A stretch of DNA of 64,000 bases. It comes from Malacoraja senta (taxonomy: Eukaryota). Location of the stretch: assembly GCA_038087875.1 (NCBI GenBank), contig CM075996.1:9116001-9180000 (forward strand), read 5' to 3'. A program made the position numbers and the translations under genes. The notes under the pieces are model-generated. The model ran no database searches and had not been told where the DNA came from. It was given only the letters and a program-made list of their open reading frames with translations. Position 1 is the stretch's first letter. Every line of letters begins with the position of its first letter. Shown in pieces: positions 36,641 through 49,867 of this stretch.

Positions 36641-36755
36641 TCTGGGTGCGGCGGGGACCAGAAGGGGAGTGGTTGAAGTGGCCACGCTCCCGCTCCTTGT
36701 TCTCGGCGCCGCAGGGCAGCTTCTGCCGCTTGGACCCAGCAGGGACCATCACTCG
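36640..36755 (+). other. SUN2: Putative non-coding first exon (start approximate)
   Basis: Ends at CG|GTGAGT. No ATG, and an in-frame stop in the frame that would join the coding exon. The link to SUN2 is inferred. Confidence 0.45.
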
Positions 36756-38221
36756 GTGAGTCTGTCTGTTGTGTCTGTCTGTCTGTCTGTTGTGTCTGTC
36801 TGTCTGTCTGTCTGGCCCCGCACAGGTGACCGCTCCTCCCGGCACCGGGGGCCCTGCGGACGGGGGCAGCTCCCGGCCTAACCCCCTTGTCTGCCCTCCC
36901 CTTAAACACCGACCCACGGCAGCGCTGTCAGAGCCCAGGGGCGGGCGCTTCACCGCTGAATTAACTAACCGCACACTTTAAAGAGGGTATTGTGCAAGAC
37001 GCTAATAATAGACAGTATTTAAAGGATTAGGGTGTATTATCGCTGTGAGGATTTGCTGCTTCTTCTCTGCCACTTTAACTTTGGGATCACAAGTTTATAG
37101 TTAAGATTTATTATTGTCAATATGATCCACCGCTGGGTTTGGTGTTTCATAGGCTGGGGTGTCCAGTTTAAGGAGAGGCTGTTTTGGTTAAAAAAAAAAC
37201 AGTATGGAACCGTCACGCTCTCTTGAAGGTCCTGTGCTAATCCCGGGCATTAGCCTCTGTCTACCTTATTTTTGTTTCTGTGTGTTAACTGGTGCCGGTA
37301 TCTCGGCCCTCCGTGACCAGAGATGAATTGATGATTTTGCAGTGTCGTGGCCTGAAGCTGTAGAGGTTTTCAAACCATATCCATCCTGTGCTATGGTTGG
37401 CGTCTGGTTGCAAACTTCCGTTATCTCTGATACAGGGGCGGTAGCTGGTGACTCGTGGAGTCAACTGAACTGTCAATGGTAGGGAAACTGTTAACTACCT
37501 GTGAAAAAATCTGAAAGAAAACGTCATGTTAAAGGGAGAATGACTGAATTTGCCAAAAGTATTATTCCAAAACTCTGCCAAAACAGTACACGATAGCGCT
37601 ACAATTTTTGGCCCACCATTATCCTGGGGAGTCCGTTAGCCAAGTTTCGTTTAGATTGATGTTATTATTTACTTGTTACAAAAACTATTTTTAAAGCAGC
37701 TTCCACTTGCCGAAGGAATCCCGAATTTCATTTACGTAAAATTCAAAACAATATCTGTTATATTTAAATTCTTTCCGTTTTCATTCACAATAGGGAATCC
37801 GAATCTCAAATTCTTCCATTTTCATTCACACAGGGAATCCGAATCTCATTTACATAAAAAATCGTGGGGGTGGGGGGGGAGGGATAGGGTGGAGGTGAGG
37901 AGTGGGGGAGAAGGGAGGGAGAGGGGTTATGGAGGGAGGGAGAGGTGATTGAGGGATGAGGAGAGGGGAAAGAAGAGGGAAGGTGAAGATGCCTGGTGTG
38001 GGCCAAGCCCCGGGGCTGTAGCTGGGCCCGGGCTTTGTGCGCTGGGGAGCGGACACAGACACGGTGTTATTAAAGAAGGAACTGCAGATGCTGGAAAATC
38101 GAAGGTACACAAAAATGCTGGAGAAACTCAGCGGGTGCAGCAGCATCTATGGAGCGAAGGAAATAGGTAATGTTTCGGGCCGAAACCCTTCTTCAGACAC
38201 GGACTGGGCCCTGAGCGCGGC

Positions 38222-40635
38222 TCAGTAAAGATGGTTGGCAAAGATTACAACAGGATCTTGATCGGTTGGCCAGATGGTATGATGCATTTTAGGATGGAAT
38301 TTAATACAGAGAAGTGTGAGGTGTTGTATTTTGGGTGATCTCACAAGGGCAGGACCTACACAGTGAATGGGACGGCTCTGGGGAGTGTTGTAAAGCAGGG
38401 GGATCTGGGAGTGCAGGTACATAGTTCGTTGAAAGTGGCATCACAGCTTTTGGCACAATGGCCTTCATCAGAACATTGAGAACAGAAGTAGGGAGGTCAT
38501 AGTGCAGTTGTATAAGATGTTGGTGAGATGGAATTTAGCGTATTGTGTCCAGTTTTTGGCACCGTGTTATAGGAAAGATGACAAGCTGGAAAGGGTGCAG
38601 AGAAGATTTACAAGGATGTTGCTGGGACTCGAGGGCCTGAGCTACAGGGAGAGGTTGAGCAAGCTAGGACTCTATTCCTTGGAGCGCAGGAGGATGAGGG
38701 GTGATCTTATAGTGGTGTACAAAATCATGAGAGGAATAGATCGGTTAGACGCACAGAGTCTCTTGCCCAGAGTAGGAGAATCGAGAACCTGAGGACATTG
38801 GTTTAAGGCGAGGGGGGAGGATTTAATAGGAATCTGACGGGTGACTTTTTCACACAAAAGCAGTAAATATTAAAAATATGATTCACCTGCTGGACAATTC
38901 TGCCCAGCAGGTGGACTGGATTATAATGGAAAAAGGGGATTGCTCCCCGAATAATATAGGAGCGATTATTCTCTCTCCAATAAATTTGAATAATAAAAAT
39001 TATAATAAAAATCCAATTATATATAGCACTATTAGAACATGGAAGCAAATAAAACAGAATCTAAAATTAAGAAACCTATCTCTCTTAATACCAATAGTCA
39101 ATAACCCATCGTTTAAACCTTCAATCATAGATAAAGCATTTATACAATGGGAAAGAATGGGAATCAAAACGCTCGAAGATCTGTATGAATTAGAAAAATT
39201 ACTATCATTCCAACAACTACAACTGAAATATAATTTGAAAAAATAATCAATATTTTAAATATCTACAAATCTGTGACTATTTGAAAACACACACAAAAGA
39301 TTATTATAATATGCCTTCCGACTTACTAGATGAAGCAATGAAGACAAAGGCGGAATCAGTTAATTTAATATCATACTTATATAATATCATCTTAAACATA
39401 GAAATACCCACAACAGATGGAATTAGAAGAGATTGGGAACAAGATCTAGGTATAAAAATTTCAAAAGAGAGTTGGGATAATCATTTATTACAGGTGCATA
39501 AATGCTCGATCAACGTACGACATACGCTTATCCAATTTAAAACATTACATAGATTATATTATTCAAAACCAAACTAAATAAAATCTTTCCTAACGTCTCA
39601 CCAATCTGTGATAAATGTATATGTCAAGAAGCTACCATAGCACATTCTTTTGTTTTTTGTACAAAAAATCCAAAAATTCTGGTTTTGAAATATTTGATAT
39701 TTTTTCAAAATTAATCAAAATAAAACTGGTACCAAAACCAGAATGGATTATTTTTGGAATATCGGAAGGTATTCCTGAATTAAACGTGTATCAGAAGAAT
39801 TTACTCAATTATGGGCTAATAATGGGAAAAAAGCTTATACTTAAATTCTGGAAAAATGCGCCCACACCAACAATAAAAATGTGGACATCAAATATGTTGG
39901 AAACATTACATCTGGAAGAGATGAGATTCCTCCTAGTAGGCAAAGTAGACCAATTTCAAAAGACGTGGTCTACGTTTTTGGACCTATTACAAGCATGAGG
40001 TGCAATAGTAATTTAGAAAAACAATAAATAAATAAAAGGTATCTGGACCTGGTAATGGGAGGTAAAACAAAAACAGACTTGGTTGGTAGTTCCTTCTCTA
40101 TGAAGTATGTTATAAGAGTTATAATAGAGCGATTGTTCCTTCTTTCTTTCTCTTTCTTTTCTAGGGTCTATTTTCTAACTTTACTTCCTTCTCTAACTTC
40201 TTTTCTAAGGGGCTTTCTTTTCCCAAACTCTTTTGCACTTCACAACCTTTGCGCACTTTCTTCACTTTTCTTACTTCTTTCTTTTCTTTCTTAAAGTTTA
40301 AAAAAGTGAAGCGGTACAAAAAATGTATTAATATATACGTGTTGTACATTACTGTAATCTACCGTACTTCTATTAAAAAAATTATTTTAAAAAAAAAGAC
40401 TTTTTCACACAAAGGGTGGTGGAGATATGGAAGGAGTTGCCCGAGGAGGTAGTTGAGGCCGGGACTATCGCAATGTTTAAGAAACATTTAGACAGGTACA
40501 TGGACAGGACAGTTTTAGAGGGATATGGGCCAAACGCAGGCAGGTGGGACTAGTATAGATTCAACCAATTTTGGCCGTTGTGGGCAAGTTGGGCCGAAGG
40601 GCCTGTTTCCACGCTGTAAGATTCTATGACTCTAC
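38222..40635 (+). mobile_element. CR1 LINE 3' fragment split by an L1 insertion
   Basis: YCVQFLAP..LERVQRRFTRML..RRMRGDLI at 38222-38858, resuming at 40398 with TTTTTCACACAAAGGGTGGT and a 3' tail. Confidence 0.85.
38859..40397 (+). mobile_element. 5'-truncated L1-clade LINE with A-rich tail and 16-bp TSD
   Basis: AT-rich ORF2 C-terminus (W..GIKTLEDLY..SFQQLQ..WEQDLG..QFKTLHRLY..CDKC..H), A tail, and TSD GACTTTTTCACACAAA at 38843-38858 and 40398-40413. Confidence 0.88.
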
Positions 40636-41129
40636 ATACAGTTTAAAAAAAATAATTCGAGCGAGTGTGACTGGTGTCCAGGTGATGCGTATATGGTGAG
40701 TTAGACTTCCACATAATCGGCTTGTTTGTAAACACTTGGGATTAAGGGAAGTGAGAGTGTTGATACTGCATTATCCAGGGGGACAGAAAGCAGGGAGAAG
40801 TGGCGTGTGGATGTTTTTGTACAAAGAGGGGAAGTCCCAGTACTGTGCCCGGTGTCTGCTCTTTGTGGAACCTGTTAGTAACCTGCGTATTAACCGCATT
40901 ATTCCCCAGTTTGGGCGAGGCAGTGAACTGTGAGGAAGCAGTGTTCAACAAGTTCAGATTTCAGGTGAACTCCATTCCACGCAGAAATGCAATGAGTTTG
41001 CATTCTTTTATACTGATAAAATTGAAGGCATCAGCCATGCCATCAATATCTCTGGTTCAAACAAAAACGTTGGATCACCACCCTGTTTAGGCAAAAGTAA
41101 CGTGGCAATGATGACATGCTTTAATGTCA

Positions 41130-43910
41130 TCTATCTATTCTATCTATATTTAAAAATCTGTGTGTGTGTGTGTGCCTGCTTGACTTGTGCCAGCCAGCCC
41201 CTTTGATATGCCAACACCGCACGCAGAAACGCTGAGATTTTTTTCCATTTCGGTAGAGATTTCAATTTTTCTTTACGAATAGCCAGTCCTGATTAAATTT
41301 CGTCGTGTTTATGTACACTTTTTTAAATAAAATCCTTCTCTCCCCCCCACCACCCCCAAATTTCAAAATATTAGTGAAGGTTCCGTGTGTGATGTCACAA
41401 TGCCCAATGCTCACATATGTCCAAACAGGAATGGAGCCATTTACATATGCCTTTGCAGCAGCCCCAGCACCAGCCCCTCCCCCCCACCCCCGCAGCCTGG
41501 GTCGAAGCGAGTCGTCACGTGTGTGGGAATAGAGAAAGAGGATTGGGGGTGATAGGGAATGGGGAACAGACGGACTGTCCCTACCCCTCCCCCTTCCACT
41601 CTCCCTCCCCACTATTTCCCCTCTCTCCCCAAACCCCTCTCCCCCTCCCTTCACATTCTTCCCCCTCCCTCCCCTACCCCACACCTCTCTCCCTCATCCC
41701 TCTCTCCTCCCCCTCCCCATCCCTCTCTCCTACCCCTCCCCCATCCCTCTCTCCTACCCCTCTCCATCTCCCTCCTCTCCCTCTCCTCCCCATCCTCTTT
41801 CCCCCCAACCCCCTTCCTTCTCTCCCCCTTCCTTCTCTCCCCCACCCTTCTCTCCCCACCCCCTTCCCTCTCTCCCCCACCCCCTTCCCTCTCTCCCCAC
41901 CCCCTTCCCTCTCTCCCCCACCCCCATCCCTCTCTCCCCCATCCCCCTTCCCTCTCTACCCCACCCCATTCCCTCTCTCCCCCGCCCCCTTCCCCCTACC
42001 CCGCTGTCCCTCTTCCACCACTCCCCCTATCCCTCTCCCCCTCCCTCTCTCCCACTTCCACCACTCCCCCTACACCTCTCCCCCTCCCTCCCCATTCTTC
42101 CACTTATCTCCCAAACCCCTCCCCCTCCCCACCCCCATCTCCCCCATCCCCTTTCCCTCTCTTGCACCATATAACCATATAACCATAACAGCACGGAAAC
42201 AGGCCATCTCGGCCCTTCAAGTCCGTGCCGAACATTTAAATTTTTTTTTTTTTTAATTAAAAATAAAATACTTCCCCCTAGTCCCATCTACCTGCACTCA
42301 GACCATAACCCTCCATTCCTTTCCCGTCCATATACCCATCCAATCTATTTTTAAAGGATAACATAGAACCTGCCTCCACCACTTCCACTGGAAGCTCATT
42401 CCACACAGCTACCACTCTCTGAGTAAAGAAGTTCCCCCTAATGTTCCCCCTAAACTTCTGTCCCTTAATTCTCAAGTCATGTCCCCTTGTTTGAATCTGC
42501 TACCCCTGCTACCCCTCTCCCCACTCTTCGTCTCTCCCTCCCCCACCTCTCTCCCTCCCCCTCCCTCTCTCTCCCTCTCTTCCCCTACTCCTCTCTCCCC
42601 TTCCCCTCATCCCCTCTCCCACCTATCCTACCCCTCTCCCCCTTCCTGCCCTCCCCGCTCTCCTCCCACTCCCCACTCTCCTCTCCCTCCCTTTCCCCAC
42701 CCTGCTCTCTCCTCTCCCTCCCCAATCTCTCCCCTTTCCTCCATCCCCCTCTCCCATCCCTCCCCTCTTCTCTCCCCACCCCGTCTCCCTCTCCCTCCCT
42801 CCCCTCTTCTCTCCCCACCCCGTCCCCTCTCCCCCCGCCTGTGTGTTTGGGGGATGGTTAGTGTGAGTGTGATGCCGCAGCCCCCCACCGCCGCCACCCC
42901 CCCCCCGCAAACGCGCGTTGGGGAAACAGCCCGCCAACAGTGTCTCTGTCTTTAAGAAGGAACTGCAGATGCTGAAAAATCGAAGGTACACAAAAAAAAA
43001 TTGGAAAAACTCATAGAATACAACAGAATCTATGGATCGAAGTAAATAGGCAACGTTTCAAAACGAAACACTTCTAAAGATGGGTTTCGGCCCCAAAGCG
43101 TTGCCTATTTCCTTCGTTCCATAGATGCTGCTGCACCAGCTGAGTTTCTCCAGCTTTTTTTTGTGTACCAGTCTCTGTCTCTCCCCTCTCTCTCTCTCTC
43201 TCTCTCTCTGCCCTTCTCTCTTCACAGCCCGCTGCTCGACTCATGCACGCCCGCTCCAAACCCCCCCCTTCACCTCTCTCCTTCCTCTCTCCACCCCCTC
43301 CTCTCTCCACCCCCTCCTCTCTCCACCCCTCCTCTCTCCCCCTTCCTCTCTCCCCCCTTCCTCTCTCCCCCTTCCTCTCTCCCCCTTCCTCTCTCCCCCT
43401 TCCTCTCTCCCCCCTTCCTCTCTCCCCCCTTCCTCTCTCCCCCCTTCCTCTCTCCCCCCCTTCCTCTCTCCCCCTTCCTCTCTCCCCCTCCTCTCCCCCC
43501 TTCCTCTCTCCCCCTTCCTCTCTCCCCCCTTCCTCTCTCCCCCCTTCCTCTCTCCCCCCTTCCTCTCTCCCCCCTTCCTCTCTCCCCCCTTCCTCTCTCC
43601 CCCCTCCTCTCTCCCCCCTCCTCCTCTTCAACATTTTTTTTTCCTAACATTAAATTTTCTCTCTGCCCACCCCCTCTAGACGCACCTAAGAGGTAAGGGC
43701 TATTCGTCAGTGGATAGGGTGGAGATGGGATAAAAGAAGCCAATTAAATAATTAAGATAATATCAAGGGGTGTGATGAGTGTGTGTGTTTGTGGGTGCCA
43801 GATTCCAACCCCGCAACCGTGCTTTGGAGGTTAGTGTGACGCCACAGCCCCCCCCCCCCCCCAAAACGCACGTTCGGTGTCCAGACCCAACGGGTCTGCA
43901 CTTGGTCTAG
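41130..43910 (+). mobile_element. Non-autonomous Helitron-like element with C-rich low-complexity interior and nested retroelements
   Basis: A|TCTATC.. start (less certain). 3' hairpin CAGACCC-AAC-GGGTCTG followed by CACTTGGTCTAG|T. Nested CR1 tail at about 42168-42497 and Penelope fold-back at about 42950-43170. Confidence 0.65.
43325..43620. repeat. Tandem repeat of approximately (CCCCCTTCCTCTCT)n
   Basis: Read directly; pure pyrimidine strand. Confidence 0.95.
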
Positions 43911-43911
43911 T

Positions 43912-45642
43912 AGACTCTAAAACTCTTGTGGAAACGGTGACACAACTAAGGCCATCCACCTGCTGCCTTGATGCTTTACCTACCAACTTTTTTAAGAATG
44001 TTTTGACTGCCTAGCAATAGACATACTGCAAATAGTTAACAGCTCTCTTGAATCAGGCAATTTCCCAAAAGCCTTGAAAACTGCAGTAATTAAACCCCTT
44101 TTAAAAAAGCGGAGCCTAGATGCCTCTATTATTAACAACTATAGACCAATATCAAACCTACCTTTCATAAGTAAAATCATTGAGAAAGTTGTCCTCCAGC
44201 AACTTAATCACTTCCTGGCTTCAACTGGCTGCTACGACAACTTCCAGTCAGGATTTCGACCTCTTCATAGCACTGAGACCGCCCTTATTAAAGTTGTAAA
44301 CGACATCCGTCTTAACACAGACTCTGGCAAAGTTTCAATATTGATGCTATTAGACCTCAGTGCTGCATTCGACACTGTTGATCACTCAATACTTTTGGAC
44401 AGGTTGGAAAAATGGGTGGGGCTTTCAGGCACAGTCTTAAGTTGGTTCAGGTCATATCTACAAGATAGGAACTATTTTGTTTCCATTGGCGAATTTGTAT
44501 CAGAACCAACCAACCTTGTGGAGTCCCGCAAGGTTCGATCTTAGGGCCCTCTTTATTCAACATCTATATGCTCCCACTAGGGCAAATCATGCGAAATAAT
44601 AATATTGACCACCACTGCTATGCCGATGACACTCAAATCTATGTAGCGCTATCACCAAATGACAATCGCCCCATAGATCTGCTGTGCCAGTGCATTGAGC
44701 AAGTCAACGACTGGATGTGCCAAAATTTCCTCCAACTAAATAAGGATAAAACGGAGATAATTGTTTTTGGTGCTAAAAAAGAAAGGCTTAAAGTAACCCA
44801 ACACCTTCACTCTCTGTCCCTGAAAACTTCAAACAAAGCCAGAAATCTCGGGGTTATTATGGATTCAGATTTACATTTTGACAGTCACATCAAATCAGTA
44901 ACAAAATCGGCCTACTATCACCTCAAAAACGTAGCAAGACTAAGAGGACTCGTGTCAGCTCAAGACTTAGAAAAACTTGTACATGCCTTTATTACTAGTA
45001 GGCTAGATTATTGAAACGGTCTCCTAGCAGGTCGTCCGAAAAAAACTGTCAGGCAGCTACAGCTTGTTCAGAACGCTGTTGCTAGAGTTCTAACAAAGAC
45101 CAAAAAATGTGAACACATTACACCAATTCTTAAATCCTTACATTGGCTCCCTGTATGTCAGAGAATTGATTTCAAAATCCTGCTGCTCACCAATAAATCA
45201 CTACATGGTTTAGGGCCAAAGTATATCACTGACATGCTTCCACTATATAAGCCATCTAGACCGCTAAGATCTTCTGAGACCAATCTGTTAGTGATTCCCA
45301 GAGTAAATACAAAACATGGGAAAGCAGGATTTAGTTACTATGCAACAAATAGCTGGAATAAACTTCCTGAAGATTTAAGACTTGCCCCTACTTTCACCAC
45401 TTTTAAAACAAGACTGAAAACGTTTATGTTTACTTTAGCTTTCAGCTAAATCTTAACTACATTGGACTTTTAACTTTTGCACTTTTCTATAATGCATTTT
45501 TAACTTTGCTTTTCTTTTCTTTTAATTCTTCTATTTTATTTCATTTTATTATTTCATTTTATTGTAGGACATGTTTTTATGTGAAGCACTTTGAGTCTGC
45601 CTCGTGTATGAAATGTGCTATATAAATAAAGTTGCAGTTGCA
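43912..45642 (+). mobile_element. L2 LINE, 5'-truncated RT and 3' end
   Basis: NYRPISNLPFISKIIEK..QSGFRPLHSTETAL..LLDLSAAFDTVDH..YADDTQIY..WNKLP..FKTRLKT; tail AATAAAGTTGCAGTTGCAGT. Confidence 0.92.
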
Positions 45643-45697
45643 GTAAGGTGTTGGCAAGACCAGAGGGGCGCTGGTCAGGGAACACAGTGGTGGCTAT

Positions 45698-45875
45698 GGG
45701 CCTGTCCCACTTACGCGATTTTTGACACGTGACGCCTGTATGGTCGTGAGTCGTCGCCCAAAGAGTCGTACCTTTTTCTGGTCGCCGCTGGATTTTCAAC
45801 ATTTTCGGCGACCTGCTGCGACTATGACGGGTGCCGGCAGTCGCCGAAAAAAAATGCGTCAGTGGGACAGGCCCT
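45698..45875. mobile_element. MITE (deletion derivative of the 55396-55716 type)
   Basis: GGGCCTGTCCCACT / AGTGGGACAGGCCC termini; interior matches the right half of 55396-55716. Confidence 0.8.
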
Positions 45876-48573
45876 TTAGACTGTTGAGGAAGCCTTGTTT
45901 ATGGGCTCACAGCCAGGTGGGGGCTGTAAAGCTCCACTTGGTTCCAGTTGGATTGTCTGGTCCCTGTATTGTCTTAGATAGACACAAAATACTAGAGTAA
46001 CTCAACAGGACAGGCAGCATCTCTGGAGAGAAAGAATGGGTGACGTTTCTGACAGATATCAGGGGAGTGGGGGGCACATAGATAAGGAAGTGTATAGACA
46101 AGGAAATATGTAAGTGTATAGATAAGGATATCTCCCACTCCCCTGACATCAGTCTGAAGAAGGGTCTCTACCCGAAACGTCACCCATTCTTTCGCTCCAG
46201 CGATGCTGCCTGTCCCGCTGAGTTTCTCCAGCATTTTGTATCCATCTTTGGTGTAAACCAGCATCTGCAGTTCCTTCCTACACAAGCCATTTGGCAGGTG
46301 AGTAGGAGGGGTTGGGGGAGATGTGTAAAATCACAAAGGATAGTGAGTGAGGAGAAGTCGTGAGTGAAGACGACAAGGTCACTGTGTTGACAGTGCAGGT
46401 TTAAAAGGGTGGCAAGGTGGCGCAGTGTAGAGTTGCTGCCTTACAGCGCTTGCAGCGTCAGAGACCAGGGTTCAATCCCGACTACAGGTGCTGTATTTAC
46501 AGAGTTTGTATGTTCTCCTCGAGACCACGTGGGTTTTCTCCGAGATCTTCCGTTTCCTCCCAAGCTCCAAAAACATACAGGTTTGTTGGTTAATTGGCTT
46601 TGTATAAAATGTAAATTTGTCCCTAGTGTGTGTTGGGTAGAGTTAATGTGCGGGGATTGCTGATCGGTGTGGACTCGGTGGGTCGAAGGTGTGTTTCCGT
46701 GCTGTACCTAAACTCTAAAGTGATTGGAAACAACCAACGCTGCCTCTGGGTTTGTTGGTTTTCGGTCAGATTTGCTCTGAAACAGAGAAGGAAGCAGATC
46801 CGGTGAACTTCTCAAAGAAACTGGAGAAATGATGGAAATGGAATGGGTTTGCAGGCCAGTGGGGGAAGAGCGAGGGGCGTGGGGATTGGTGATTGTTCAA
46901 GCATTTGTGACTATCTTCCGTACAGGCAGCGGGCGCAGGCAGCCATGTGTTAGACACTTGATACAGCTAGTTATAACCAGTCCCAAAGACGTGCGGATTT
47001 GTAGGTTTATTGGCCTCTGTAAATTGTAAACTGTAAATGGAGATGATGGGGAAAGATAGATCAGCCATGATTGAATGGTGTAGTAAATGATGGGCCGAAT
47101 GGCTTAATTCTGCTCCTCGAACATATGAACTTAGAACTAGTATGAAAGGGAGATTGATGGTCAGCATGGACTCGATGGGCCAAGGCGCCTGGATCCTCTC
47201 TGTACCTCAGGTTTAACTTTAGTATTGTTACATGTGCTGGAGTACAGTGAAAAGCTTTGTTTTGTAAGCTATCCAATCAAATCAGATAAAAAATATTATA
47301 AATACAATCAAGCCAAACAAGTTCAATAGGTAGAGCAAAGGGGAAGATAGAGTGTAGAATATAGTTCTCAGCATTGTAGTGCATCAGTTCCAGAGACAAA
47401 GTCCAATGTACGCAATGGGGTGGAGGTGAATCAGACAGTACCCTAGTTTCATTAGTTCATAAGTGATAGGAGCAGAATTAGGCCATTCGGCCCATCAAGT
47501 CTACTTCGCCATTCAATCATGGCTGATCTATCTCTTCCTCCTAACCCATCTCCTCCCCATAACCCCTGAACCCACATCAATCAAGAATCTACCTATCTCT
47601 GCCTTAAAAAATATCCATTGACGGCCTCCACAACCTTCTGTGGCAATGAATTCCACAAATTCATCCCACTCTGACTGATGAAATACCTCCTTATCTCCTT
47701 CCTAAAGGAATATCTTTTAATGCCGAGGCTATGACCTCAGGTCCTAGACTCTCCCACTAGTGGAAACATCCTCTCCACATCACAGTTTATGATCGTTCTA
47801 TTAATCAGACAATTGGCCTGCCACATGCTGTATCCAGAGACTTGCTGTGTGTGTGGGTACTCTCCCATCCCTACTGATGATGCCCATTTTTGATGATTGC
47901 CGCCCACAAACTGCTCTACCCCATCATCAGATCCCAGGAGGCCAGGGCAATGGTGATCTGGAGGGAACAGTGCTCTGAAACGAAGCTCTGCCGTGTATAT
48001 TTCTGTGAACGGTGATGCAGCGGTAGAGTTGCTGCCTTACAGTGCCAGAGACCCGGGTTCCATCCCGACTACGGGCGCTGTCTGTACGGAGTTTGTACGT
48101 TCTCCCCGTGACCGCGTGGGTTTTTTCCGAGATCTTTGGTTTCCTCCCACACTCCAAAGACGCACAGGTTTGTAGGTTAATTGGCTTGGTATACATGTAA
48201 ATTGACCCTAGCCTGTGCAGGGTAGTGTTAATGTGCTGGGACCGCGTGGACTTGGTGAGCCGAAGGGCCTAGTTTCCACTCTGTATTTCTGAAATAAACT
48301 GAGCTAAACTGAGGTGCAGTGTTGTGGGAAGCTTTGCCAGTTGTCACGTGGCCTGTGGTTTGTGTTGTCTGAGATGTTATCTACTGTTTGGGCACAGCCT
48401 CGCATGTTGAGTGGAAGCAGTGTTGGCCCTGCAGCTGGTGCTGGCTGGCGACAGCCGGTTGAAAAGCAAAAACGCGCAGATGCTGGAAGTCCGAAATGAA
48501 AATGGGAGACGCATTGTAGGCTTTGCAGGTCTGACCCCATTAATGTGTCAGGTCACCGACCCTCCATTGAAAG

Positions 48574-49598
48574 CAGGGCTGGCCTTAGGAGTTGCAGGGC
48601 CCAATTGGGAACAATTTTGGTGTTTCCCAGCCAAGGTCTGTAGATTCATAGAAATATAATTAAAGTCTATTATAGACTTTATATCTCTATGGTAGAATGG
48701 AAAGTAATCAAAATGTGCGCTTAAAAAGTGCCTGCGACTTAATGGACTAAACAGATCTGCTTCATTTGAATATATAATTGCATACATGTAAGCCAACAAG
48801 TAACAAACAAAATGTGTAGATCACCTCTGAAAAGTACATAGTTACAATATCACTTGTTTTAGTGACTGTGAAATGGGAAAAAAAAAGTAATTTAATTAAA
48901 TAGATCCTGGAAAACCAATAACCATTGGTGAAAAACCAGTCCAGGCATTAAATTTTGGGCTTCAGCCCCAACCTACCCTTTGGGCTTCTACCCCATCCTA
49001 ACTTAGTTGTGTGTGTTAGTTGTCTGTGCGTGATGTGTGTGTGTTAGTTGTCTGTGCGTTATGTGTGTGTGTTAGTTGTCTGTGCGTTATGTGTGTGTGG
49101 GAGGGAAGGAGAGAAGGGAGGGAAGGAAGGAGAGAAAGGATGGAGCGAATGAGAGAAGGGAAAAGAGAGGAAGGAGGGAGAGAAGGGAGGGAAGTTGAGA
49201 AGGAAGGGAGGAAGAGGGCAGGAGCGGACGGGTGTGAGCTGAGGTCAATGTTTGTAGACGTTGCTCCAACCCCCGGCCCGGCCCTCCATGTATTGTTCAC
49301 TGCTTCTCCCCGGGGAGAGAGAGGGGTGGAGCCGGGGTGGTGTGCGTGCAGCACGGCGACTGGAGGGGCGGGAGCGCTGCCGTGAGCGAACGACCCACCT
49401 CCCCCTCTCCCCCTTCTCCATTCCCCCTCACACCCCCCTCCCCCGTCTACTCCTTTCTTCCCCCTCCACCCCTCTACTCTCTCTCCGCTCCTCTCTCCCC
49501 CCTCCACCCAGGGTAGATCTACCCGAGCCGAGAGTAGATTACTCTGGCGCGGGGCCCAATTGGGAGCAATCGGTCCAATCGGCTTAAGGCTGGCCCTG
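48574..49598. mobile_element. Non-autonomous hAT-like element
   Basis: TIRs CAGGGCTGGCCTTAGG / rc CAGGGCCAGCCTTAAG, subterminal GGGCCCAATTGGGA at both ends, and flanks ATTGAAAG / ATTGAGTC (partial 8-bp TSD). Confidence 0.65.
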
Positions 49599-49867
49599 AT
49601 TGAGTCATATAACAGAGAAACAGGCCCTTCAGCCTTACTCCTCGTCCATGGGAGCCTTCCCGGGCTGCTCCTATTTGCCTGTGTTTGGCCCATATCCCTC
49701 TAAACTTTTCCAATCCGTATCCCTCACCAAACGTCTTTTAAACCTGTAAATCACTTCCTCTGGCAGTTCGTTCCATGTCCCCGCCACTCTTGGAAAGGTT
49801 TGTCCTCAGGTTGCCCTTAAAATCACTCTCCCACCTACACCTCTGTCCTCAAGTTGGAGATTCCCCG

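Noticed and set aside
37700..37850. Short spaced direct repeats (GGAATCCGAATCTCA) suggestive of a CRISPR-like array
   Set aside because: Only 2-3 imperfect units of a local tandem duplication, with no unique spacers or cas genes, in a eukaryotic context.
41417..43743. Pro/Ser/Leu-rich and Gly/Glu/Arg-rich ORFs
   Set aside because: Low-complexity polypyrimidine tracts inside a TE.
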